Shown here: positions 1-8,511 of the stretch, piece after piece
Layout of the letters: each line of letters begins with the position of its first letter
Position numbering within the stretch: position 1 is the stretch's first letter
Source: Horticoccus luteus
Lineage (GTDB): Bacteria; Verrucomicrobiota; Verrucomicrobiia; Opitutales; Opitutaceae
Direction of reading: 5' to 3'
Length of the DNA stretch: 32,000 nt
NCBI RefSeq assembly: GCF_019464535.1
Contig: NZ_CP080507.1
Span: forward strand, 3,840,001-3,872,000
Translations under genes and position numbers: made by a program
Notes under the pieces: generated by a model
Told to the model about the DNA's origin: nothing
What the model saw: the letters and a program-made list of their open reading frames with translations, nothing else
Databases searched by the model: none

Positions 1-1650
1 GCCGCGCCGTGTACGCTGATTTTTCAGCAGATCGTCGACAAGCCGCTGCACGATAAAAACATTCCCGGCATCCTCTGGTTCGCCGCGATCTTTATCGCCT
101 GCATGCTGCTCCATTACCTGTTCTCCGTCTGGGGCGCCAACGAGATCGCGAAGACGATGGCGCAACTGATGATCGGGATGCGCAGCCGCATTTTCTTCCG
201 CCTCCAATTCCTCAGCTTCAGCTATCTCGACGGACAAAAAACCGGCCGCCTCCTCTCGAAATACGCCTTCGATACGCAGAAGGTCGAGTCGCTGCTCTAC
301 GCCGTGCTGAACCAGCTGCTGCCCAATCTCCTGATGGGCCTCTTCATCTTTGCCACCCTCGCGTGGATGAACTGGCAACTGATGCTCATTCTGCTGCTCG
401 CCCTGCCGATCTACGTCGTCGCCAAATATTACTTTTTCAGCCGCATCAAACGCGTCAACACCGAGGCCCGGCTCGCTCAGGAAAAGCTCACCGGCACCGC
501 CTCCGAATACATCTCCGCCCTGCGGCTCGTGCGCAGTTTCGGGGAGGAGCAGCAGGCCGAGCGCGTGCTCGATGTTTCCAGCGAATCGTTCGCCCGCTCC
601 CGCGTCGACCAGTCCTACGTCAACGCCCTCTTCGGCACCTACGTTTACGTCGGCATGCAGGTGCTCTCGCTCATCATCGTGGCGGCAGGTGCGATCTTCG
701 TCATCCACGGCCACCTCTCGATCGGCACGCTCTTCGCGTTCATCGCCGGCTTCGGCTACATCCTCGGCCCGATCCACATGTTCATCGGCTTGAGCGAACC
801 CTATTTCGCCGCCGCCGAAGGCTACTTCAGCATCAAGGAGCTCATCGATTCCCGCTACGTCGAAGACTGGCACGGCAAGCGGCGCGAGCAACGCATCCGC
901 GGCGATATCGTTTACGAGAACGTCTCCTTTTCCTATCCGAGCGCCCCCGAAAAGCGCGTCATCAGCAACTTCAACCTCACCATCCAGCCCGGCGAAAACA
1001 TCGCCTTCGTCGGACCTTCCGGCTCCGGCAAGAGCACCCTCGCCAACCTCCTGCTCGGCCTCTACGCGCCCACCGAAGGCCGCATCCTCATCGACGGCGT
1101 GCCACAGGCCGATTGGGACATGCGCTGGATGCGCCGCCAGATGGCCGTCGTCATGCAGGACAGCATCCTGCTCTCCGGCTCCATCACCGATAACATCCGC
1201 TTCGCGCGCACCGACGCCACCGACGCCGAGATTCGCGAGGCCGCCCGCCTCGCCAACGCCGAGGAATTCATCCTCCGCATGCCCGAAGGCTTCCAGACCG
1301 CCGTCGGCGAACGCGGCGTCTCGCTCTCCGGCGGCCAGCGCCAGCGGATCGCCATCGCCCGCTCCATCCTCCGCAACCCGCCCGTCCTCATCCTCGACGA
1401 GGCGACCTCCGCACTCGATTACCAAAGCGAGAAACTCATCCAGGAAGCGCTCGACCGCCTCGCCGCCGGCCGCACCGTGATCACGATCGCCCACCGCCTC
1501 AGCACGATCAAAACCGCCGACCGCATCATCGTCCTCAAGGACGGCGAAGTGATCGAGCAGGGCAATTTCAAGTCGCTCGTCGCCCAAGGCGGCGTGTTCG
1601 CCGAACTTATTGCCTCGCAATCCACCGGCTCGGAATTCCTCGAAACCTGA
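1..1650 (+). CDS. ABC transporter, fused permease/ATP-binding protein (MsbA/ABCB-type exporter), 5' partial
   Basis: Frame 1 is open from base 1 with no stop before the first Met at 103, so the gene starts upstream of the window. Multi-TM N-terminal half, then an NBD with Walker A GPSGSGKST, ABC signature LSGGQRQR and Walker B LILDEATS. Confidence 0.9.
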   Translation, partial: AAPCTLIFQQIVDKPLHDKNIPGILWFAAIFIACMLLHYLFSVWGANEIAKTMAQLMIGMRSRIFFRLQFLSFSYLDGQKTGRLLSKYAFDTQKVESLLYAVLNQLLPNLLMGLFIFATLAWMNWQLMLILLLALPIYVVAKYYFFSRIKRVNTEARLAQEKLTGTASEYISALRLVRSFGEEQQAERVLDVSSESFARSRVDQSYVNALFGTYVYVGMQVLSLIIVAAGAIFVIHGHLSIGTLFAFIAGFGYILGPIHMFIGLSEPYFAAAEGYFSIKELIDSRYVEDWHGKRREQRIRGDIVYENVSFSYPSAPEKRVISNFNLTIQPGENIAFVGPSGSGKSTLANLLLGLYAPTEGRILIDGVPQADWDMRWMRRQMAVVMQDSILLSGSITDNIRFARTDATDAEIREAARLANAEEFILRMPEGFQTAVGERGVSLSGGQRQRIAIARSILRNPPVLILDEATSALDYQSEKLIQEALDRLAAGRTVITIAHRLSTIKTADRIIVLKDGEVIEQGNFKSLVAQGGVFAELIASQSTGSEFLET

Positions 1651-1721
1651 GGCAGTCCCATGGCACGAAAAAATTGCCTTCGTGTCTCCCTGCGTTCCTC
1701 GTTACCGCAACCACCCTGTCC

Positions 1722-2210
1722 ATGAAACGCTATCTCCTCCTCTTCCTCCTGGCCGCCGGCGTCGTCTCCGCGCAGACGCCGCTCTTTCCCGGCCTCAAGT
1801 CGATCATGACCGCCGAGGAATACGAGCGTTCGGGCCTCGCGCAGCTCACCCCCGAACAACTCTCGTTCATCGATGCCGCCATCATGCGCCACATCACCGA
1901 GCAGACCAGCGTCGGCGCCATGGCCAATCCCCGCAACGCCGACAACATCGGCCTCGACCAGAAGTCCCACTACGGACTGCCCGACCTCGGCGATGACTGG
2001 CGCGGCGCCCCCTCGCTCAAGGCGAAGTGCACCGGCTGGGTCGGCGGCAACAGCTTCAAACTCGATAACGGCCAGGTCTGGGAAGGCACCGAGCCGATTC
2101 CTTACGAACTCGTTAATCGCAACATCGAGATCCAACCGCGGCCAGGTGGCGCCTACGCCCTCATCGTCGAAGGCAAAAACACCACCATCCGCATCCGCCG
2201 GTTGAAGTAA
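1722..2210 (+). CDS. secreted hypothetical protein
   Basis: ATG at 1722 gives MKRYLLLFLLAAGVVSAQTP, a classic signal peptide. The ORF-track start at 1674 is a less likely upstream extension. No recognisable domain. Confidence 0.55.
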   Translation: MKRYLLLFLLAAGVVSAQTPLFPGLKSIMTAEEYERSGLAQLTPEQLSFIDAAIMRHITEQTSVGAMANPRNADNIGLDQKSHYGLPDLGDDWRGAPSLKAKCTGWVGGNSFKLDNGQVWEGTEPIPYELVNRNIEIQPRPGGAYALIVEGKNTTIRIRRLK

Positions 2211-2278
2211 GCCGCGCGCCCCCGCGCCGTTTTACTCCCCGGCTTCGGCCCGGCGCTCCGCCGTCCCGGCTTTCTCGC

Positions 2279-3133
2279 ATGCTACGCCTCGCCAATTCCG
2301 ACCTCACGGTCGAGTTGCTCGACCCCGCCTCCGCGGCCGATACGGCGCGCCAAGGCCCCCGCTTCTGCTGGGGCGGCTACATCTGGCAGATTCGCGATGC
2401 GGCGGGCGCGCCCCTCCTCGCCGGCCCCGAATGGCCTTTGCCCGATCCCATCGCGTTCAACGGCCAGGGCCTGCCAGAATCCTTCCGTCACGCCGAGCTC
2501 GCCACCGGTCGACCGCTTCTTCTTGAAGACGGCCGGGGGTTCATCATCGGCGTCGGCGATGTCGCGCCCGGTCCCGACGGCCTCGCCCTCACCGCACCCG
2601 CACGCTGGGCGATTACCCCCCTGCCCCACGCCATCGAGTTTTGCACCGCCCAGCAAAATGCCCGCCACGCCTGCTCGCTCACCCGCCACATCGCGCTCGC
2701 GGGCCGCGTCGTCACGTCTCTCACCCGCGTGGTCAACCACGGCACCCAGCCCATGCCGCTGCACTGGTTTGCGCACCCCTTTTTCGCGCTGACCGATCGC
2801 CTCCTCACAGCCGACCTTCCGTCCTCGTGGGGCATGGCCGACAACATCGGCTACGCGCTCGATGCGCAACACCGCCTCACGTTCAAACGCCGTTTCCTGC
2901 ACAAAGACGACGGCCATTTCGAATACCTCCGCATCGGCGCCGAACCCCTTCACGTGCGCCTCTCGCACCCCCACCTCGCGTGGCTGGATTTTTCGACCGA
3001 CTTCGTGCCCGACCTCTGCCCCGTCTGGGGCAACAGCAACACGTGGTCGATCGAGCCCTACATCACGACGGAACTCGCGCCCGGGGCCGCCCGGCAGTGG
3101 ACGCTCCGCTACGAATTCGGCCCCGCCGCCTGA
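2279..3133 (+). CDS. hypothetical protein (284 aa)
   Basis: Long ORF with an ATG start and host-like GC-rich codon usage. The antisense and overlapping ORFs look like GC artefacts. I cannot assign a family confidently. Confidence 0.55.
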   Translation: MLRLANSDLTVELLDPASAADTARQGPRFCWGGYIWQIRDAAGAPLLAGPEWPLPDPIAFNGQGLPESFRHAELATGRPLLLEDGRGFIIGVGDVAPGPDGLALTAPARWAITPLPHAIEFCTAQQNARHACSLTRHIALAGRVVTSLTRVVNHGTQPMPLHWFAHPFFALTDRLLTADLPSSWGMADNIGYALDAQHRLTFKRRFLHKDDGHFEYLRIGAEPLHVRLSHPHLAWLDFSTDFVPDLCPVWGNSNTWSIEPYITTELAPGAARQWTLRYEFGPAA

Positions 3134-3153
3134 AGCGCCGCGGAGCCGGCTAA

Positions 3154-3171
3154 CGCGCGCGGCCGCGCGCG
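3154..3171. terminator. 18-bp GC palindrome between convergent genes (possible bidirectional terminator hairpin)
   Basis: The palindrome cGCGCGCGGCCGCGCGCg lies between the stop at 3133 (+) and the stop at 3173 (-). There is no clear U-tract. Confidence 0.3.
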
Positions 3172-3172
3172 C

Positions 3173-4018
3173 TCACTTCTTCGTCCGCGCCCCGTCGGAT
3201 GCCGCGCTGCTTTCCGGCCCATGGTTTTCTCCCGCCGCACGGCGTTCGCCGGACGCGCCGCTCTTCTCTTCGCGCGCCCGCGGCGAGGCCGGTGTTTCCG
3301 GCACGACCATCGCTTCGCCCAACTCCACGTGACCGGTGCGCACCGGCGCTTTCACCCACACCGGCCGCGATGACTCCCGTCCAAATTGAGGAGCGCCACT
3401 TTCGACGAGCGCCTGGACGACATCGCTGATCTCCACGCCCTGCGCCGGCGTGCTCATGCGCGCCTGCCAGAGCTCCGTTTTCGTTTTCTTGCGCGCATCC
3501 GCATAGTCGTAAGCCGTCACGATGACGAAGAAACGATCCTGCGCCGCCGCATCGAGCACGCGCTGCCGTTCGATGCTCATCTGCAGATTATGCACCTCGC
3601 TCGCGCCCACCAGCGTCAGCATTTCCTGGGCGTTGAGCAGCACCGGATCGGGCGCGTCCGGATCATCGCTCATATCCTCGCTGTCCGCCGCGACCGCGCC
3701 CCAATAAAACACCAGCAGCAACGTCGGCGGCGGCGTCTTCGCGGTCGCCACGCGATAACCCTGCTGCGCGAGCGCCCGCACGAGTGGATGGGTCAACAAC
3801 GCCTCCGCGGGCGGCTTCTCCCCGGGCTCCACCGCATCATCCGTCCGCCAGTTCGCCAGCAACGGGAAATAATACGCCGGCCGCTCCGGCGTGGGCCGCG
3901 CCAACCTCCGCCCGGCCTCGGTCACGGAGCCGTTGACGTTGATTTCGCATCGCCGCTCGCGCGCGCCCAGGCCCGTGGCAGTGAAAACGCTCAACCAAAA
4001 ATAAATCGACCGGCGCAT
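3173..4018 (-). CDS. secreted hypothetical protein, tandem paralog 1
   Basis: ATG at 4018 gives MRRSIYFWLSVFTATGLGA followed by CEINVNGSVTEAGR. Collinear similarity to the neighbouring ORF 4171-4992 along the whole length (LLLVFYWGA / LLLVFHWGA, acidic insert, AYDYADA / AFDYADA, VVQALVESGAPQFGRE / VVQALVDSGAPYFGRE). Confidence 0.65.
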   Translation of the reverse strand: MRRSIYFWLSVFTATGLGARERRCEINVNGSVTEAGRRLARPTPERPAYYFPLLANWRTDDAVEPGEKPPAEALLTHPLVRALAQQGYRVATAKTPPPTLLLVFYWGAVAADSEDMSDDPDAPDPVLLNAQEMLTLVGASEVHNLQMSIERQRVLDAAAQDRFFVIVTAYDYADARKKTKTELWQARMSTPAQGVEISDVVQALVESGAPQFGRESSRPVWVKAPVRTGHVELGEAMVVPETPASPRAREEKSGASGERRAAGENHGPESSAASDGARTKK

Positions 4019-4170
4019 GGCTCGCCTCCAGCACGACCGGTCGCGCGCCCGACACAAGCGCCCGCCGCACCGTAAAATTACCCTCTAGCCAAACGCGCCG
4101 GCGCACTTCGCCACCCTTCGCAAACCATCGCTCCGCGCCTCCACCGCCGGCACCGCGTGCCTCGCCGCGG

Positions 4171-4992
4171 TCACTTCTTCGCGCCGGTCGCCGCAGGCAA
4201 CGCAGTCGACGGGGGAGCTTTTTCCGGCACCTCGATTACCTCGCCAAATTCCACGCGGCCCTCGCGCACCGGCGCCTCCGCCCAGACCGGGCGCTTCGTT
4301 TCCCGCCCGAAATACGGCGCCCCGCTGTCCACCAACGCCTGCACCACATCGGTCATCACCACGCCTCGTGACGGCGTGCTGATCCGCGCCCGCCAAAGCA
4401 GCGTCTTTTTCTTCTTCACCGCGTCCGCATAGTCGAAGGCCGACACCAGCACAAAATAGCGGTCCTCCTCCGCCGCCTGCATCACCGCATCGCGTTCGAA
4501 GTTGAGATCCAGTGCGCCAAACGTATTTCCGCCCACCAGCGCCAGCATCTGCGCCTGGTTGCGTACCTGCTTCTGCGGTTCTCCGTCTTCATCCTCCGTC
4601 TCGTCCTCGTCCACGTTCAGCGCTCCCCAATGGAAAACCAGCAGCAACGTGGGCGCGGGCGTTCCCGGTCCCATGACAAGATAACCTTGCCGGGCGAGCG
4701 CGCGTGCGAGCGGCTTGACCAGCGCCTCGCGTCGCGGTGCTTTCTCTCCCGCCTCCACCGGGCCTTCCTCCCGCCAGCCCGCCAGCAACGGAACGTAAAA
4801 CACCGGCTTCGCCTTCGTCGGCGGCGTGACCTTCCTCCCCGCTTCGGTGACGGAGACGTTGACGTTCACCTCGCAGGTTTTCGGTGCGGCCACCACGCCG
4901 GCGGCGAGCATCGACGCGAAACACGACGCAATGAAAGAGCGCACCGCGCGATGACGCACCAAGCCGCCGCTCGTTTCAAGCTCACGCCGCAC
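4171..4992 (-). CDS. secreted hypothetical protein, tandem paralog 2
   Basis: Paralog of 3173-4018. The start is probably GTG at 4992 or a nearby in-frame GTG. Hydrophobic segment SFIASCFASMLAAGVVAAP, then CEVNVNVSVTEAGR. Confidence 0.65.
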   Translation of the reverse strand: MRRELETSGGLVRHRAVRSFIASCFASMLAAGVVAAPKTCEVNVNVSVTEAGRKVTPPTKAKPVFYVPLLAGWREEGPVEAGEKAPRREALVKPLARALARQGYLVMGPGTPAPTLLLVFHWGALNVDEDETEDEDGEPQKQVRNQAQMLALVGGNTFGALDLNFERDAVMQAAEEDRYFVLVSAFDYADAVKKKKTLLWRARISTPSRGVVMTDVVQALVDSGAPYFGRETKRPVWAEAPVREGRVEFGEVIEVPEKAPPSTALPAATGAKK

Positions 4993-5168
4993 TGCCTATT
5001 TTTGCGCCGTATCGCACCGCCTCCGCGCCTTCTCCGCCCGGTATGAAAATAGCTTTGCCGTCCGGCCGCGGCGCCCACGCGCTCTCCGTCCGCTCGCCAA
5101 ACTAAAAATCGCCGGCGCCCGTTTGCACGAACGCCAGCGACGAAATCCAAACTCGCGCGTGAGCCCGC

Positions 5169-5534
5169 TCAGCCTTCGCCCAGCAGCTTCAGCGGCATCA
5201 CAAAGCGCCGGCCAGAATCGTGCGCCTTGCGCACATCGCCCTTGAAACGCCACTCGCGAAATGCGCTCACCAACTGGCGCTTCACAATCGGGTCATGCAC
5301 CGCCTGCACGCGGATATTCTGCGGCTGACCCGCCTGATCGAGCGAGAATTCCACTTTGACCGTGGAGTCGGCGCAGGCCAGCGGCAGGCCCGTCGGCGGC
5401 ACTACCTTGGCCGGCGTGACATGCAATGGCCCGCGCGCATCCTGACGGGCCGCCGGCGTTGCTGGATTGGCGAAAGCGGAGGCGGACACGAAAACACCGG
5501 CGAGCGCGGCGGAGAGGAGGGAGGACTTTTTCAT
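5169..5534 (-). CDS. secreted TonB C-terminal-like (energy-transducer-fold) protein
   Basis: Signal peptide MKKSSLLSAALAGVFVSASAFA. The remaining ~95 aa (VKVEFSLDQAGQPQNIRV ... VSAFREWRF) resemble the TonB_C fold, judged from memory of the family. Confidence 0.55.
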   Translation of the reverse strand: MKKSSLLSAALAGVFVSASAFANPATPAARQDARGPLHVTPAKVVPPTGLPLACADSTVKVEFSLDQAGQPQNIRVQAVHDPIVKRQLVSAFREWRFKGDVRKAHDSGRRFVMPLKLLGEG

Positions 5535-6131
5535 AATGAGGTTTCCGCAAAGCGGAGATGGATGAGGTTGAAGAGCAGTCCTGATTTCCGGATCATCCGG
5601 ATTTATCGCGAACTGTGCGGCCTGCTTTGCAACGCGCGTGCCAACACCCCTCGCGCCGTGCTTTCCCGCGCTCCTCCAGCGAGATAAAAAATCAGGATGC
5701 TTTCCTCGCTGCTCGCCGCTGACTCGGAATTGAAATCCGGTCTTCCCAGCCGTGGGAAAGTTGTAAGCGTCGCTTCGGGTGCCTCGTAGATACGCGACAT
5801 ACGAAGTGATAGTCTGCCGGAATGGCGATAACTACGACGGGAGCTGCAGCCTAGACCGCGGTGATCGAGACCGGGGAGCAGCGCGATGCGTTGGGCCGGC
5901 GGAGCGGCGCGCGGAGTTGTTGGCGGCGTATCGGTCGAGGAGGACAGTCCATCGACGACGTGCTGCTCGACGCCGCCCGCGAGTTTGTCGACGCCAGCCA
6001 CGCCCCCGCGCTCGTGGCGTGTTGGGATGCCTTTGACGAGGCCTTGATCTGGCAGCCGCCCGTCGCGCTTTTCACCGTCGCCTTCTCCTGGCAACGCACC
6101 CTCGAGCGGCCCTAGGGAATCGGTTCGATCC

Positions 6132-6170
6132 GGTGATAGGTGACAAACTGTCCGGAGTGATGGGTGACAC
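6132..6170. repeat. direct repeat GTGATRGGTGACA x2 (possible subterminal or terminal sequence of the decayed IS481-family element)
   Basis: GGTGATAGGTGACA at about 6132 and GTGATGGGTGACAC at about 6157, 25 bp apart. They lie just 3' of the transposase remnant on its coding strand, where they read TGTCACC... Confidence 0.35.
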
Positions 6171-6231
6171 TTTTGATAGAGGATAATGAGTTGTTGTAGC
6201 GAGAGGTTTGTAGGTTTGGGCGGAAGATATA

Positions 6232-6660
6232 TTAAGGGAGGGGTGCAGGGGAGGGAGCTTGCTCCCTCCCCGCTCTGACGGCCGCCGCAGGCGGTTGGAG
6301 GGGATGAGGCGCGGGCCGCGCCGGTTTGACGTAGGCGGTGGGGTGAAAGCGACCGCCCTCGGCGTCGTAGGCGAGATGGCCCAGATGTACGTTGGCAAAA
6401 TACACTTCGGTCTGGCCCGTGTCGCTGTGTTCCAAGCCGACCCGCTTGCCGGCAAACGCGTCGCCCATGTAGTAGTTGCGACCTTCGTGCGCGACATGGC
6501 CGGAGTCGGAGACGACTTTGACTTGTTGGTGGGCCGGATAGACCAGAGGTTTGTCGTTCTCGCCCAGTCGCCGGGCGCTGGGGCGGTAAAACTCGGCGGG
6601 CGGGCGCCAGGCCCGCCGATCTTCGCCTGTGCTCTTACGGAGAACAAACAAAGACCATAA
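6232..6660 (-). pseudogene. IS481-family (rve-type DDE) transposase, C-terminal remnant
   Basis: The translation WRPPAEFYRPSARR...VYPAHQQVKVVSDSGHVAHEGRNYYMGDAFAGKRVGLEHSDTGQTEVYFANVHLGHL matches the characteristic C-terminal tail of IS481-family integrase-core transposases. No catalytic core or N-terminal HTH lies upstream. Confidence 0.55.
6248..6271. repeat. perfect 11-bp inverted repeat (GGGGAGGGAGC tt GCTCCCTCCCC)
   Basis: Read directly from the sequence. It sits in the extreme 3' tail of the transposase remnant and could be a terminator or an IS-end structure. Confidence 0.6.
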
Positions 6661-6779
6661 CGCGCCGTCACCGGTGCTCCGATCAGCGCCCACCGACTGC
6701 CTCGACGCTCCGTTACATCGCGCCTGCTCGCCAGCGTTTGCCGCTCGCGTCAGCGCCACCGATTCCCACACTCGCGGTC

Positions 6780-6947
6780 GTGACCAAGCTCTGCATTTTC
6801 GGCGGCACAACCGTAGTCGGCTACGCCGCTTGGTATCTCGGCGACGCGCTCGGCATGAGCTTCTTCGGCTCCTTCATGCTGAGCGGGGTCGGCAGCATCC
6901 TCGGCGTTTATCTCGGCTGGAAACTTGCGCAACGCCTGGAGCAATAG
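6780..6947 (+). CDS. small membrane protein (about 55 aa, two hydrophobic segments)
   Basis: GTG at 6780 gives VTKLCIFGGTTVVGYAAWYLGDALGMSFFGSFMLSGVGSILGVYLGWKLAQRLEQ. The ORF-track start at 6738 is TTG. Start and reality are uncertain. Confidence 0.4.
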   Translation: MTKLCIFGGTTVVGYAAWYLGDALGMSFFGSFMLSGVGSILGVYLGWKLAQRLEQ

Positions 6948-6958
6948 CCGCCGGTCGT

Positions 6959-7249
6959 TCAACCATTGCCCGCCAGCCCCGAGGTCCGCGTGTCGCGTTC
7001 CTCTTCCTGCGCCCGTGAGTCGGCCTGCTGTTCTTGCGGCGCCGGGCGATTGAGGGGCGGTTTGGGCAACGCCTTCGGGTCGGCGCTGGCGGCATCGACC
7101 ATTTCGGCCAGCTCCGCCGCATCCTCGGCTCCGCCCGCGTGCGGTGCGCCGCCCGGCCGCCCTTCGTTCGCCAGACCAACGTCCCCCGATTGACGCGCGT
7201 CGGGCGACGCGGGAGTAGTTTCCTTAGGCTTCGAGCGTGGTTCGTTCAT
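6959..7249 (-). CDS. low-complexity hypothetical protein (questionable)
   Basis: ATG at 7249 (MNEPRSKPKETT...). Pro/Ala/Glu-rich with no domain. It may be a GC-frame artefact. Confidence 0.2.
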   Translation of the reverse strand: MNEPRSKPKETTPASPDARQSGDVGLANEGRPGGAPHAGGAEDAAELAEMVDAASADPKALPKPPLNRPAPQEQQADSRAQEEERDTRTSGLAGNG

Positions 7250-7348
7250 GCGCGCCGTTGACCGGTATTGCCGCCGCCGGTTCATCCGACACCGCCCGCA
7301 CGTTTTCCTATCGCCTCACGTCGTCTCGTTCGCCAACACGAATTCCGC

Positions 7349-8347
7349 ATGTCCTCCTCCCCTTCCCCCACCCCCTGGAAACGCGCCGACACCACTTGGT
7401 TTCGCGACTGCCGCTGGGGCCTCTTCGTCCACTACCTCGCCGATTCCGCGAGCAACCTGCAACCCATCGCGCTCTCCACCGACGACTGGAACCGCCGCAT
7501 CGATGCCTTCGACGTCGATGGCCTCGCGCAACAACTCTCCGACGCGCGCGTGCCCTACTTCGTTATCACGCTCGGCCAGAACTCCGGCTTCTACCTCTCG
7601 CCCAACGCCACCTACGACGCCATTGTCGGTCGTCAACCGAGCCGCTGCTCGCAACGCGACCTCATCGCCGATCTCTCCCGCGCGCTCGCGCCGCGCGGCA
7701 TCCGCCTGCTCGCTTACCTGCCCGGCACCGCCCCGCGCACCGACGAGCTGGCGAAGACCAAGCTCGAAGGCACGCCCGATGCCCGCAGCACGGAGCTGTT
7801 GCGCAACTGGGAAGCAGTCGTTCGCGAGTGGTCGCTGCGCTGGGGCTCGCGCCTCAGTGGCTGGTGGATCGACGGGCCTTACGATCAGGCCCCTTACCAA
7901 CATCCCGACGCGCCGAACTACCGCAGCTTCGCCGAAGCTCTGAAGGCCGGCAATCCCGACGCCATCGTCACCTTCAACAACGGCCTGCGCACGCCCATCT
8001 ATTCGAGCACCGAGTTCGAGGATTACACCGCCGGCGAAATCGAACGCGACCTCAGCGTGGCGCCCGGCTGCCTCCCCGATTACTCGCGCCTGCGCAATTA
8101 CGAACGCTACCTCGATGGCGCCCAGCTCCACGCGCTCACAATCATGGGCGAATGGTGGGGCACCGGCCCCGTGCGCTTCCCCGACGAACTCACGATCGGC
8201 TATACGAAATTCATCAACAGCAAGGGCGGCGTCGTTTCGTGGGATGCGCCGCTCACGGTCCGCGGCCATCTCGATCCCGCCTTCCAACCGCACATCGCCG
8301 CCCTCGGCCGCGCCATCGCTCAAGATAAAGCGAACGCCAACGCCTGA
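7349..8347 (+). CDS. glycoside hydrolase, alpha-L-fucosidase-like (GH29-like) catalytic domain
   Basis: ATG at 7349 (MSSSPSPTPWKRADTTWFRDCRWGLFVHYL...). The W-F-x-x-x-(K/R)-(F/W)-G-(I/L)-F-(I/V)-H motif and the TIM-barrel-like pattern resemble GH29. The family call is from memory, not a search. Confidence 0.6.
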   Translation: MSSSPSPTPWKRADTTWFRDCRWGLFVHYLADSASNLQPIALSTDDWNRRIDAFDVDGLAQQLSDARVPYFVITLGQNSGFYLSPNATYDAIVGRQPSRCSQRDLIADLSRALAPRGIRLLAYLPGTAPRTDELAKTKLEGTPDARSTELLRNWEAVVREWSLRWGSRLSGWWIDGPYDQAPYQHPDAPNYRSFAEALKAGNPDAIVTFNNGLRTPIYSSTEFEDYTAGEIERDLSVAPGCLPDYSRLRNYERYLDGAQLHALTIMGEWWGTGPVRFPDELTIGYTKFINSKGGVVSWDAPLTVRGHLDPAFQPHIAALGRAIAQDKANANA

Positions 8348-8511
8348 TCCGCACCGCCCGTCGGCGACGAACGGCCTTGTCGCCGCCACGCAGCGCAGGT
8401 GGACCTTGCGCTCCGCGCGCGGTGGTTGGCCGAGCCGCGCGCCGCGCGAGCAGCGCGCACCGCGCAGCCCACCGGTCAATCCGTGACGCCAGCCTCGATA
8501 GCCTTTCCTCA

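Noticed and set aside
2211-2240. A possible rho-independent terminator after the 1722-2210 gene (GCGCGcccCGCGC followed by cgTTTTac).
   Set aside because: The stem is only about 5 bp and the T-run is 4 nt, which is too weak to call from sequence alone.
5603-6115. ORFs 5603-6094(-), 5779-6036(+) and 5861-6115(+). A stretch reading ERRAELLAAYRS hinted at a transposase HTH.
   Set aside because: No frame gives a coherent domain, the candidates overlap one another, and the HTH resemblance is only a few residues. This is probably non-coding DNA or heavily decayed IS debris.
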